Positions 1 to 11,400 of a stretch of DNA of 64,000 nucleotides are shown here, piece by piece. Each line of letters opens with the position of its first letter. The stretch's first letter is position 1. The notes beneath the pieces are model-generated. The model was not told the origin of the DNA. It was given only the letters and a program-made list of their open reading frames with translations, and made no database searches. The stretch is taken from the NCBI GenBank assembly GCA_963665235.2, contig CAXXLX010000001.1, positions 2,848,001 to 2,912,000 of the forward strand, in the 5' to 3' direction. A program made the position numbers and the translations under genes. The stretch is from Candidatus Poribacteria bacterium (lineage in GTDB: Bacteria; Poribacteria; WGA-4E; WGA-3G).

Positions 1-820
1 CAGCAACCGATAAGACGCGCACCGTTTTATCTGAACATCCGAACGCTACACGTTTCGCGTCCGGTGAAAAGGACAACCCGTATATCGTATCATAACTAGA
101 ACGCATCGCCTTGACAAGTTTATTTGATGCCGTATCCCATAACTGTACCTCGCCAAACTGTGCAGGTGAACCGCCTGCCACGCCCAATGTTTTCCCATCT
201 GTCGTATACACCAGCGATTCTATTCGATGTGCTTTGCCCACCAAACGTGATTTAAGTTCAAGGTTTGCCGCATCATATAACAGCACCTCGCGGAACCCTG
301 AAACTGCTAGCACGTCACCATCCGGAGAATATGCTAACGCAGAAATCACGGGCGGCACCGTGTAACTTGGATAATCGCCTGCTCCCGTATTTTCAACTTC
401 CGCGGGCGTATCATCCTTTGCTCCCTCAAGAATCCAACGCCGAAACAGCGCAACCTCTTCCGCAGAAAGCGGGTCTTGGTTCTGCGGCATAGCCGGGGCT
501 TCACCAGAGATAAGTTCAATAATTAAACTTTCATCCGGTTTCCCCGGTACCACCGTATCGCCTGCCATCCCCCCCTTCTTCAGTTCACTGTACGATGTAA
601 CAATCAGATCTCCACTCGGCTCCCCGGGGTGATGACACCCTTGACAGCTCCGTTTAAGAATTGGGGCAATCTCTTTATGATAACTCACCGCTGAAGCCGC
701 CTGATGTGAGTCGGCATATAACAACGTACTTGCTGCTATCAAACACAACAAACACATGCCCACCTTTAAGAAGTGAGTTTCAGAGACCTGTCCGTTCCGT
801 AAAAACTTCGATATTTTCAT
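1..820 (-). CDS. Secreted c-type cytochrome (planctomycete cytochrome C-like) + WD40 repeat protein, truncated by window edge
   Basis: Manual translation, absent from the ORF track: MKISKFLR..., IAPILKRSCQGCHHP (CxxCH), VVPGKPDESL, then WD40 blades LAYSPDG, VQLWD, LSFSPD. G-rich RBS upstream of ATG at 820. Confidence 0.8.
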   Translation of the reverse strand, partial: MKISKFLRNGQVSETHFLKVGMCLLCLIAASTLLYADSHQAASAVSYHKEIAPILKRSCQGCHHPGEPSGDLIVTSYSELKKGGMAGDTVVPGKPDESLIIELISGEAPAMPQNQDPLSAEEVALFRRWILEGAKDDTPAEVENTGAGDYPSYTVPPVISALAYSPDGDVLAVSGFREVLLYDAANLELKSRLVGKAHRIESLVYTTDGKTLGVAGGSPAQFGEVQLWDTASNKLVKAMRSSYDTIYGLSFSPDAKRVAFGCSDKTVRVLSVA

Positions 821-1110
821 CTTATTTGAAAATCCCCCCTCTCGTAAAACTATTACAAAATATACCTCTCTCCAAATTATATCATAATTTTCACATAAAT
901 GTCAAATTTTATTAATCTATCCCTGTGACAAAAACTTTACACGCCCAATTGTGCTACTTTTCCATTTTTGACGTGCTGCTTTTTGGTGTGAGATGCTACA
1001 AACCTAGACTGGGTCTAAACAGATTAGGCAAAAACCGCATGGGTACCCGCTATTAAATGATGCTAAAAAGGTGGTAACTTGGGTTATAGTAGAAGGGAGA
1101 GTATCCGTAC

Positions 1111-3580
1111 CTAGTGCCCATGTGGGTGAGCTGAGTCATGAGGGTGTTCATGTGTGTGGCCTGAGGGCGCAGTGGATTGTGCTGGCTCTGTTGCAAGATA
1201 TTTCGAATCCGCCTTAATGTATGATGGGTAATTAATTTTCCAGACCTTGACATAGCCTGTGGCCTCTTCTCCTGTTGGGTAGGTAGGAATGAAAACATCA
1301 TTATACTCACCTCTTAAAAAAAGTTTGACAGCGAGACTGTTCCAACCGAGCGAGGGTACATAATAGGCATATTGGAGTATCGCGTGCGCGTCAAAAAATA
1401 AAATTATTCCACCGTTTCCGATCTCTACGGCTTGTAGAGAGTTTTTGTCAGTGTTTATGGAAATCTCTTTGGAAATGTTGTGATGTGTTCTAAGATGGAC
1501 AATGACAATGAGTTTTTGTTGTGCTTCAGCCGTGCTACTTGCATGATTACCTTGTTCTTGAATTGGCATTTTTGGAACAAGGTTAACAAATACAATAGGT
1601 GTTTCATCCCGGCGCGGTCGTAGTTGGTAAGGAGCACCAATGGGTGTTTCTATTTGCTTGAGTGGATAAAAAGTAAAATGTCTGTCATCGTTTGTATCAC
1701 TGCCAATGAGTGAATAAGCGTGGGCACGTCCTATGACCTCACGTTCGGTTAACATAAGATGTGTAGCGTTGTGAGTTTTAAGAAAAGTTAGTGCTTCATA
1801 CTTATCTTCCGCACAGAATACGTGTCGGTAAAAGAGATGGATCCAATGCAGGATGAAGTGGTCGGAGTCAATGATAGTATTGACACTGCTGAGGACGTTA
1901 AGTTGTGTTCCATGGGGCCAATTAGCGGCAATAACCGCATTTTGCGGGAGGGTGTTTTTTATCCATTTAAACGTTTGGGCGAGGCTCCCCTCTCCGGGGA
2001 TAGGTCTCTTCATGCGCGCAGCAGCATGAACAGCACGGTTTGCATGCCCACCCAGGGGGTTCCAAAAGAGAATAGGTATTAACAAGACAATTGCAAAGAC
2101 AGCAGCAAAACCTTTTTCCCTAATACCATGTGGATAAAGAATCTTTAAGTCCTTTAGTTTTTGTATAAGGTGAATAGGTAATAACCAGAGGAACCATGCT
2201 GTGCCAAAGGCAAGAGGGATGCCGATAAAGAAATCGTAGCGTTTCCCGCTTCGGGCAAATGCTACCCACAAGAGAAACCAGACAAGCATAGCAAGCAACA
2301 CATTTTCATTTTCCTCGGTTTCTTTTCGGCGGGATGCAATGGCGAGACAAACAACAGCAAGTCCTAACGAAATAAAAAAGAGCATATCACATGCGCTTTC
2401 CCCTATTAATTTGCTTACAGGCCAACGAAAAAAGGTTGTTGCGGTAAAGAGCATGAGCGAGCTTGCAAGCGGGAAGCCTTTCCATTTCCAGAGATAGAGG
2501 CAGGAAACTATCAAACCGATGCTGCCTAAGATAAAGATAGCACCGTATCGTCCGGGCCAATACCTGAAATGTGGGTCGGCTAATTCACTAACATTCTGCA
2601 AAAGGAGATTTCCGCGAAACATGGGGGCAGTGGTCTCAAAAGTCCCTGCATAGAAGGAAATATAACCGGCACCTGCTACGATGGCAAGGAAGGTTAACCC
2701 CCATGCAAGTTTTCGGGCATGGGGACGAAGGTATTCAACATACTTAAGAAGCAGATGCCGGGTACCGAGTAGCACGAAAACTGTTAGGGATGGCAACAGC
2801 ATGAGCGCGGAGACATGCGTAGAGAAGCCAAATCCACGTTGGTAGATAGGTGATATGAGATAGAGTGCTGGGACAAACGTGAACGTCCATATTAGATACT
2901 CCTTGAAATGGTGTTCTGCATCGGTGGTGCAGAATTTCCAAAGTTCAAGCGCGAGTATGATTAAAACAAAAAGACCAAAACCTTCCCAAGAGAGTCCCCC
3001 CAAGAAAACAGTGAATCCGGCAAGGACAGTAACAAAAAATCTGCGTTTTCCCGGTTGTATCTGTTCTTTACAAAATATAAAAAGTAACAGCAAGGAGACC
3101 CAAGAACCAGCATAAAGCATCTCTGTCACCAAAACCAGCAGCACTGCGACTGATGCTTCCAGGGAGGGTTGCCAGAAGCAAGCCTACGATAGATGCCAGA
3201 AAGAGCCCGTAAGTCCGAGCGAGGAAAATAAACAATATGCCAACACCCAATGTGAAACAGACAGTAGAAAAATAGAATTGGATGTGATAGAGAGACAACC
3301 ATGGAAACACTTTGTGGATATAAGCGATGGTGTAGGCATAGAACGAGAGAAATTTCTGGTTGTCTCTACCATAAGGCAGCCAACGATGTTCATCCAATGC
3401 AGGAAGATATCCGTGTTTCGCAATGATACTTGCCTGCCAATGGAAGGTATAAGCATCGTTTTCAGTAAATTGCCCTTCGGGAATGCGCTCTACCCCCTGA
3501 ATACGTATCAAGAAGGTGAGACACATAATGACCAAAAGGAGTATACTGGGAAACAACGTATTTGATAGAAAATGTCTCAT
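1111..3580 (-). pseudogene. STT3/PglB/AglB-like oligosaccharyltransferase (GT-C), split by a 1-nt frameshift near 3071-3083
   Basis: ORFs 3068..3580 and 1111..3144 join if one T is removed (AVTFYI-CKEQ). N-terminal ENDAY, SAAGFGDRD, many TM helices, VSEL, and ANWPHG at the WWDYG position. Confidence 0.7.
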
Positions 3581-3591
3581 AAAAAGGAACT

Positions 3592-4338
3592 TTACCTTAG
3601 GTCAAGTTTTGCCTCGATATTTTTCATAATTTTATCGGCTACTTGATCTCCCCAATTTTCACTCAAGGTTTTCCTGATTTGAGATAAAGCGTCTACTATA
3701 TACTCTGTGTGGTCTGTCCACACTAATGCTTTGACCACACCACGCATATCCTCTAAGAACTCTGATTCATATTGCAAAGCACGTTCTTCAAGTGCATTAA
3801 GGTCCGCCTCTGTCGGATACTTTTGCAGAATCTCTTCAGGAGTAAGTGAAAACAATTCAATGATGTCGGGATATTTTTCGTTTATCTCTGCTGTTAAAAC
3901 CGCTATGAATTCATGTGTACTCTGGTGCAGTTCTTCCACTGAAAACTCGCCATCTGTTTGTTCAGTGTTCATTACATCTTGTGTGTCTATGCGGTTGGAC
4001 GCGGCATCTGATGTTTCAGGAATAATTTTCTCTGGAGACATCTCCAATTCCGGAGACACTGCTTCAGAGAATCCATCAGGACGACCTTCCGCGCTAGAGG
4101 GATGTTCTGTATGATGACCTTCCGCGGCTTGGAGATTTTCAGTTTTCGGGGTGTCTGGATTTGATAGTTTCAGGGTTGCAATCCTTTCCACTAGAGGCCG
4201 TGTATCCGTTTTGACAATAGATGTGTGTTCCGGGGTATTGTCTCGAAAGAGAATGAAGACACCTATTGACAGAAGGATACAAGTAGCAGCGATATAAGCG
4301 AAACGGCCCGATACGTTTTTCATATTTTTCGTTAGCAT
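3592..4338 (-). CDS. Hypothetical protein with N-terminal membrane anchor and acidic helical domain
   Basis: 248-aa ORF, single hydrophobic segment, co-oriented in the cassette. Confidence 0.65.
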   Translation of the reverse strand: MLTKNMKNVSGRFAYIAATCILLSIGVFILFRDNTPEHTSIVKTDTRPLVERIATLKLSNPDTPKTENLQAAEGHHTEHPSSAEGRPDGFSEAVSPELEMSPEKIIPETSDAASNRIDTQDVMNTEQTDGEFSVEELHQSTHEFIAVLTAEINEKYPDIIELFSLTPEEILQKYPTEADLNALEERALQYESEFLEDMRGVVKALVWTDHTEYIVDALSQIRKTLSENWGDQVADKIMKNIEAKLDLR

Positions 4339-4580
4339 GAATTTGTCTCCTCTGACGAGGAAGTATCCTCTTCTGCATCTATACGAACTATAGACGTTAT
4401 CATCCAGGGCATCTTTCTATAGATATAGGTTGATAACCATGAGAAGCAGAGTATTGTCAAAATAGTGACAGCAATTTTAGCGGTGCTCCCGCCAAAAAGG
4501 CGGAAAACCTCAATAAGAATACCAAAAATACCGAAAGCAACAAACCAATAAACATATTTCCATTTTTGGGATATAGACAT
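4332..4580 (-). CDS. Small 2-TM membrane protein, paralogue of 4618..5070
   Basis: GGAGG RBS before ATG 4580; WKYVYWFVAFG...TYIYRK..W.I..IVR. Confidence 0.65.
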   Translation of the reverse strand: MSISQKWKYVYWFVAFGIFGILIEVFRLFGGSTAKIAVTILTILCFSWLSTYIYRKMPWMITSIVRIDAEEDTSSSEETNSC

Positions 4581-4617
4581 ACAACATCCTCCATTATGCG
4601 GATAGGAAATCGTGCTG

Positions 4618-5070
4618 TTATCTAAGCGGTTCCGGTTGTTCCCGTGTACATACGAGATATCGTTTTCCATCCGACTGAGAACGCTTAATTTGACTGTGTT
4701 TTACTTTGTCCTTGTCACATGCGAAGATCTTGTTACCACACCCCTTCAATTCCTGATTACCTTTGCAAGTATCTAAAAATTCATGTCCATCAGCTCGCGT
4801 CAAATTAAATAGATAACGAGAGATATTACCGCATTCTAAACATTTCCATTTATTCTCTGGCGTACGAACTATATTCCATATACCCCAATGTATCTTTCCA
4901 TAAATATAGGTAGCTATTACAGAGACACCGAGTATTGTTACAAAAGTCACTGCGGTGGTCGTGATAGATTCCTGCACAAAATAACCACGGATTTTAATAA
5001 GAAAACCACAGAATCCAAAAACCGCAAGCCAATAAACATATTGCCATCTGGAGTGTAACATAATATTCAT
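4618..5070 (-). CDS. Small 2-TM membrane protein with Cys-rich C-terminal domain
   Basis: GGAGG RBS; WQYVYWLAVFG...TYIYGK..W.I..IVR, then CLECG and further Cys. Confidence 0.7.
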   Translation of the reverse strand: MNIMLHSRWQYVYWLAVFGFCGFLIKIRGYFVQESITTTAVTFVTILGVSVIATYIYGKIHWGIWNIVRTPENKWKCLECGNISRYLFNLTRADGHEFLDTCKGNQELKGCGNKIFACDKDKVKHSQIKRSQSDGKRYLVCTREQPEPLR

Positions 5071-5094
5071 AAAATACCTCCACTATGCTCCCGG

Positions 5095-5135
5095 AAAATC
5101 GTTTCAAGTGCTCATAGAGCACCCGAAACGATTTT
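5095..5135 (-). terminator. Strong stem-loop after the Cys-rich gene (terminator or transcript stabiliser)
   Basis: AAAATCGTTTC..GTGCTC-ATA-GAGCAC..GAAACGATTTT inverted repeat. Confidence 0.55.
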
Positions 5136-5156
5136 AGTAAGGTGTCTTACGGTTAG

Positions 5157-5795
5157 TTAACCCCCGTAATTATCATCGGGAGAACTGACATCAGTGCAAC
5201 CACCGTCGTTGCAGCCCCTATCGTTGTAATCGACATCAGTGCAACCCCCATCAGTGCAACCCCCATCAGGCATCAGCGCAGCCGAATCGTTATTGCTACA
5301 ATCGTCATGTCCACCTACACAACCTCTATATTCTTTACCACATACCGAACAGGTTTTAGTTTGGGAGTGTGATGCTTTATCCTTATGACAGTTGTAGATG
5401 GGACTGCGACACCCTACAGGGTCCTGATCATATTTGCAGTCCCCAATTTTTTTGTGCTTATCGGTTTCTAACCCAGCTTGAGTGCGTGCAGTACCGTCAC
5501 ACTGGTCACATCTATACCTTTCTGAGCTGTTTGGGTTTGGTACAATGCTGTGTTCGTCCTCACCATGGGATCCGTTGGGATCAACACCAGGTTTATGTTC
5601 CTGCTTATTTGTAGTTGCCTCTTTTACAATATCCCAACCTGCATTGCTGGCAAAACCTGACACTAAGTCCCAAAGATCTTTGAGACAAGCTTCTGCTTCT
5701 TGCTCTGGGGTAAAAATAGGAAGGAGTATTGAACCCGTAAAACAGAGCACAACTAATAACGAGATAGTTTTGAATGAACTAGATTTTTGAAACAT
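5157..5795 (-). CDS. Secreted Cys/His/Asp-rich protein with DGGCTD repeats
   Basis: AAAGGAGA RBS, signal peptide ending AEA, CDQC and CSVC motifs, C-terminal DGGCTDGGCTDV..GCNDGGCTDV. Confidence 0.7.
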   Translation of the reverse strand: MFQKSSSFKTISLLVVLCFTGSILLPIFTPEQEAEACLKDLWDLVSGFASNAGWDIVKEATTNKQEHKPGVDPNGSHGEDEHSIVPNPNSSERYRCDQCDGTARTQAGLETDKHKKIGDCKYDQDPVGCRSPIYNCHKDKASHSQTKTCSVCGKEYRGCVGGHDDCSNNDSAALMPDGGCTDGGCTDVDYNDRGCNDGGCTDVSSPDDNYGG

Positions 5796-6332
5796 TCGTT
5801 TCTCCTTTGTAATAAATTGCTAATTACACATGTTGTCATTAACGTGGTAAAGATACCACGCTGCAATCCATTTGACTCACATGCATTGCATGGAGAGTCA
5901 GTGTTGATAGAAGGAGAAAATGCAATTTGCGAATGCCATCCGAATCGTGCTTGTTCTCATTTTACGCGGCATGTCCATGCGTTCTAGCATTTTTATACCG
6001 AAAAATGGTATTCGTGTTGCATCTTGCGTGCACGTTATGGACGACATTTTCACAAATTATATCATTTCTCATAATTTGTCATTTGTCAAATAAAATAAAA
6101 ATTATCTCATGTAAAAAAGAAGGAGAACGTCTCATTTATGCATACTGTCCCTATTGAATGCAATATGACATGTGTTCTGTTTCCACTTCTCCGAGTGCTT
6201 GTAACGGCACCGAAGTGGATATAGCCATGGGACACACAACGTTGGGTGTGTAGAGAACAGCGTTTCACAAATTATATAATGCCTCCTTCAATATATCAAC
6301 AAAAAAACGACACTATCCGTGTTGCAGTGGCA

Positions 6333-6905
6333 TTACTGCTTTTCCTTTTGTGCTGCCGGCGGCACCCCGAAGTGCTCTCTCAACTTCAGTGTGATAACCC
6401 GTCTCCGATACTTCACCTTGCCCTGAGAAATGCCGAGCTGTTCACTTGTTTCTGCAATAGTCGCACCTTGCCACCATAACACAGCAATATCTTTGTAAAT
6501 AGGCTCCATCTCATCAATCATCTCCAATACTTCGTTACGGCGCACATCCTTTAACACCTCACGTTCCAAGGCAGCAGCGCGGTACTCTTCAGCAATTGTG
6601 ATTATTTCATGGTGTTTTCCTTCCTTGCGCCAGTAATCTGCACATTTGCTGCGTGCCACCCGCTTGAGCCATTTATCAATGGCATCGATGCCTGTGGGAT
6701 TGTTGTGGAGCCGTTTGACAATAGCGAGACAGGTTTCCCCAAATACATCCTCAGCTACGTGTGTATCGCCAACTCTCTTTATGATAATTTTCCGGAGTAG
6801 CAGTTCATACCTGAGAATGAGTTCGCCAATAGCCTCGGAATCGCCGCTTTGAATACGTTCCATCAAGATCGTATCAGAGAGGGATATGAGATTTTTCTCG
6901 TTCAT
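6333..6905 (-). CDS. ECF (sigma-70 group 4) sigma factor
   Basis: GDSEAIGELILRY, AEDVFGET, WLKRVARSKCADYWR (region 2); TIAETSEQLGISQGKVKYR (region 4 HTH). Confidence 0.85.
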   Translation of the reverse strand: MNEKNLISLSDTILMERIQSGDSEAIGELILRYELLLRKIIIKRVGDTHVAEDVFGETCLAIVKRLHNNPTGIDAIDKWLKRVARSKCADYWRKEGKHHEIITIAEEYRAAALEREVLKDVRRNEVLEMIDEMEPIYKDIAVLWWQGATIAETSEQLGISQGKVKYRRRVITLKLREHFGVPPAAQKEKQ

Positions 6906-7164
6906 TATAGTCGAGCCTACAATTATTTGCACACGCCGTGGGGGACCCAACCCCTACTAACGGGTCGTGTCGAATCTCTATCACGGTGTGCTCATACATC
7001 TGCGGAATTTACTATAACTATATTCTATCTAACTAATTATCATGACGTAAAAAAAGGCAGTTTTGATTGCTCACGATAAAAAAACGCCATTTTTTTTGTA
7101 AAAAGTGTTTTTTTTTACGCCATAAGTCGTTTTGGACTTGGAAATTTCCATTTTTTCAGATTTC

Positions 7165-8108
7165 TCACGGCGGACTTTCGGTGAGCACCTTCCAAAAGAT
7201 GTTCGTTTCTCGAGCGTTGTCCTTGTAGCACGCCTCTGCGAGGGACAAGGGCGTATATCTCGTTGAGTAATGATGGTGCTGCCCATACCACACACGCTTG
7301 ACCAAAGACCAAAAGCCTTCAATCGTATTGGTATGAATCTCACCGGGTTCCCACGTTTCGCTCCGATTGAGCGTCTCCTGTTTCATTTCTTTACCAATCT
7401 TATTATACCCACTACACTGATCGGTAATGAGCTTGGAATCTTCAGTTTTGACGAAACTTCTTGATAAAATCAAAAATCGTCTGTCCGGTAACATCAGGCA
7501 CAAGTTCTGCGACGACTTGTCCATCGCGCTGGACTGCCCCTAAGACCGCATCTTTTGCGGTGCCACGCCCACGCTTACGGGGTTCACCCTCCGCCCGGTC
7601 AGAGTCTTTGCGGTGTTTCCCCCCGATATAAGTCTCATCTGCTTGGACAACGCCTTGTCCAAGGACGTTTTCCTTGGCCATCTCGGCACGTATCTTCGTC
7701 ATCATAGACCAAGCCGCCTTCTGTTTAAGCCCCAAATCGCGGGCAAATTGATGACTCGGTAGACTTTTCTTCGCATTCGCCATCAGCGAGATTGCTATAA
7801 ACCACTTCTGTAGCAGGATTTTTGTGCCTTGAAATATAGTGCCCTGTGTTACCTTGAACGTTGATTGGCAGTCAGGAATCTCCGCAGGGCTTGGTGTCCA
7901 TATATCAGTAGGGTGTTACCTTGAACGTTGATTGGCAGTCAGGGCAGTTCCAGCAGCCTATACGCCCAAGTGCCATCTCGTTACGCCTTCTGACCCGTAG
8001 GTTCTCACAATGCAGACATTCAGGGGAACCCGCCCATCTCAGACGCTCCAAATACGCTGGACAATCTGCTTGTGTCGGAAACGTCTCCATCACTTTCACT
8101 AAATCCAT
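7165..8108 (-). pseudogene. IS1595 (ISXO2-like) transposase pseudogene in three fragments
   Basis: Zn ribbon CLHC..CPDC, VQADETYIGG, RGRGT, IHTNTIEGFWSLVKR. Broken by a 67-bp insertion and further frameshift/deletion. Confidence 0.85.
7846..7943. repeat. 31-bp perfect direct repeat flanking a 36-bp foreign insert
   Basis: GTGTTACCTTGAACGTTGATTGGCAGTCAGG at 7846-7876 and 7913-7943. Confidence 0.9.
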
Positions 8109-8484
8109 CAGAAAATGCTCCTATTTTACTTTTTTAGGAGTTGCTTTTTCCCAATGAATTCTGATACAATAAGTAGATAAGTGTGAATCTGAAAAAAGCA
8201 ACTCGCTTTTTTAGGTTCAAATAGGGGTGTCTGCCCCCTATTTACTTTACCTGATATTATATCAGTCTTGGGCACTTTGGACAAGCTAAAAACCTAATAA
8301 ACACAAGCGTTTAAGGCGATTTAACAAATTTGCTCAAGTCCAAAACGACTTATTCCGATTATTTTTTCTTGACTTTTTGGCAATATAAAGGTATACTGAT
8401 AATTGTGGTACGTTAACAGATTTTATGATGGGAACGGTTACAAAGAATAGGACATTGAGAGGAAGTAATTGGAGGTAAAAAACA

Positions 8485-11400
8485 TTGAAAAAATTCCAAG
8501 GTTATCTCATTTTCTATGTTATTACGTTTCTACTCGGGACGATGCTGCTCTTGAACGGTTGTGTCAAGATGGAAGCAACCCGCAAGGCAGCGTGGGAGAC
8601 GCATTTTACCGACCTGCACTTTGTGAATGCAAAGGAGGGATGGATTGTCGGATTTAAAGGCTTAATTATCCATACAGCAGATGGCGGAAAAACATGGCAA
8701 AAACAGGAGGTCAATACGACCCATAATTTCAACGCTGTCTATTTTCCGAACAATCGCTACGGATGGGCAGTCGGCGACGATGGGTTAATCGCTACAACCG
8801 ATGATGGCGGAAGACATTGGACACTCCAACAAAGCAACACATTCGGCATGTTTCGCGATGTCTTTTTTGAAGATGCCAAAAAAGGCTGGATTGTCGGTGA
8901 AGACTCCGATCTCTTTTACACACAAAACGGTGGAAAACAGTGGAAACGTTACGAGGCTGTTAGTGAATTCCCAATCAACGGAGTTTGGTTCGTTAGTGAT
9001 TCAAAAGGATGGATTGTTGGCGAATACGACAGAATCCTCCGAACAGACACAGGCGGAGAATCGTGGAAAGAACAGAGTAACCGCTTTGAAGGCGAACGCG
9101 ACCGGATGATTAACGATAATAAAAAGGTCTTTTTTGTCAGCGAAGATGAGGGATGGCTTGTCGGTAGTGACGGGTCCATTTTTCATACTACAACAGGCGG
9201 CGTAAATTGGGAACGGCAGGACAGCCGCATCCCCCTCATCAACGGACACGTCCGAGAAACCATCAACGGCATACACTTTACAAATAAGAACTACGGTGTC
9301 GCTGTCGCTGATATTGGGTTTATCACCCGAACCGAAGATAGTGGAGACAACTGGCAACTCATGGAAAGCGGGACCAAAAACAATCTCACAAGCGTTCAGT
9401 TCACTGGACCTAAGGAGGCATGGGCAGTCGGATGGAATGGCACTATTCTACACACAACCGATGCAGGCGTAACCTGGGAATTAACGAGCGGCACCGCAGC
9501 GAATGACCTTCAGAGCATGCAATTTACCGATGCGAATAGAGCAATCGCCGTTGGAAGACGCGGAGCCATGGCGATGAGCAACGACGGCGGCAGAACATGG
9601 AACGAAGTGGGTACAGATGTCTGGGATGGCATCTATAGCATCTATTTCGCTACCGACCGCCACGGATGGGCTGTCGGCGAACGGGGCAGCATCTTACACA
9701 CGAACGATGGCGGTAAAAACTGGGAACGGCAAAACAGCGGACAGGGACTTACCCTCCGAGCTGTTCACTTTGCAAGTGCCAAAAAGGGATGGACCGTTGG
9801 CGACCTCGGCACTATTCTACATACCGCTAACAGCGGCGAACATTGGGTACGACAAGCCCCCGGTGGAGAGGCACGTATGCTCATGCTAAAAGGAATATTT
9901 TTCCTCGATGAAAAAAGGGGATGGACTGTCGGATGGCCAGGCGTATGCCTCAGCACACAGGATGGCGGACTTACATGGCAGCCGCAAACTACACAAACCT
10001 TCAATGAACTTTATGCCGTTTACTTCGCTGATGAAAACACCGGGTGGATTGTCGGGCAGTTTGGCGAAATTTTGCATACCAAAAATGGCGGGAAAAATTG
10101 GAACTTTCAACATAGCCGCACCCAAGAAAATCTGAACAAAATCTATTTTGCCGATACACAACACGGCTTAATCGTCGGTGATAACGGTGTCATGCTTACA
10201 ACGGTGAATGGCGGCACTAATTGGACACTTCAAAAAAGCGGAACCGATAACGACCTCCGCGGACTTGCCCTCTCGCCTGAAGGAGTCGTGGCGGTTGGCA
10301 AAGGCGGAATTGCGATGCGATACTCGGTTGATGATGTAGTGCTGCCCGCTAAGTTGCCCCCCGCTGCCCCTGAGGAAACGGAAACCGTTGTAGTCGAGGA
10401 GGAAACACCTGTCGAAACCGTTGCCTACCATTGGGATATTATCCGTCAGGCAACGTGGCGCACAAACTTTTCAGATATCCATTTCGTGGATGCACAAAAC
10501 GGATGGGCGGTCGGTTCAGACGGGGTAATTGCACGGACAAAAGATGGTGGACAAACCTGGATTCCGCAACACAGCGGTGTTAAGGAGAGCTTACAACGCG
10601 TAGAATTTCAGGACGAAAAGCATGGGAGAATTCTCGGACGCGGCCTATTGCTTTATACCGACGACGCAGGGGAAACCTGGCAGCAGCTCGTCCAAACACG
10701 TCGCCAAAACCTCCCACGTATTAGCACGATGCAGTTCTTAAATGCACAAGAGGGATGGCTCGGCGCAGAAATTGGGCAAATTTTGCGGACAACCGATGGC
10801 GGTAAAACATGGAAAATCCAGAAAACCGGTACCACTGATAAATTAATTACTGACCTACACTTTATTAACAGTCAAGAAGGATGGGCGGTTGCACCGCAAC
10901 GCCGAGATGGCGGGTTTATCCTCCATACCGTTAATGGCGGTGAGTATTGGAAAATTCAGGCGAAAACCAATCAGCCCGGTATTGCTGTCCATTTTGCTGA
11001 CGAGACGCGCGGATGGGTTATACTTGCGAACGGAAACTCGCTCCTCACCGAAGACAATGGTGAAACATGGACCTTACGGACCCCTACCGAAAGGCCACAG
11101 AGGCTCCGGCGCATTACATTCCGTTCACATGCACATGCTTGGGGAGTTGGCGGAGGCGGTGCCTTCATTACCGAAGACCAGGGCGTAACGTGGAAGGCGG
11201 TCCCTGTGTCCGTTGGGGACGAGCAGCTCGCTATGCAACAACCCGAAGCGGAAACACCTACTGAACCGGCAGCGCCGGAGGATGCAACACCTGAAACAGA
11301 CGAAGACCCGGCTGAAGCGTTCCGAAATCGACTTCGCCAATTGAGACAACGCGCCGGACAACTCGCGCCAGAAGGCGAAATTCCTACAGACTCCAACCAG

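Larger units (their letters stand above)
7122..8353 (-). mobile_element. IS1595-family insertion sequence relic with perfect 19-bp terminal inverted repeats
   Basis: ATAAGTCGTTTTGGACTTG (7122-7140) and CAAGTCCAAAACGACTTAT (8335-8353) bracket the transposase fragments. Confidence 0.85.

Noticed and set aside
7846-7943. Functional CRISPR locus
   Set aside because: The repeat is transposase coding sequence, with a single spacer and no leader or cas; kept only as a possible integration scar.
7110-8365. Target-site duplication for the IS1595 relic
   Set aside because: No matching direct repeat is visible outside the TIRs.
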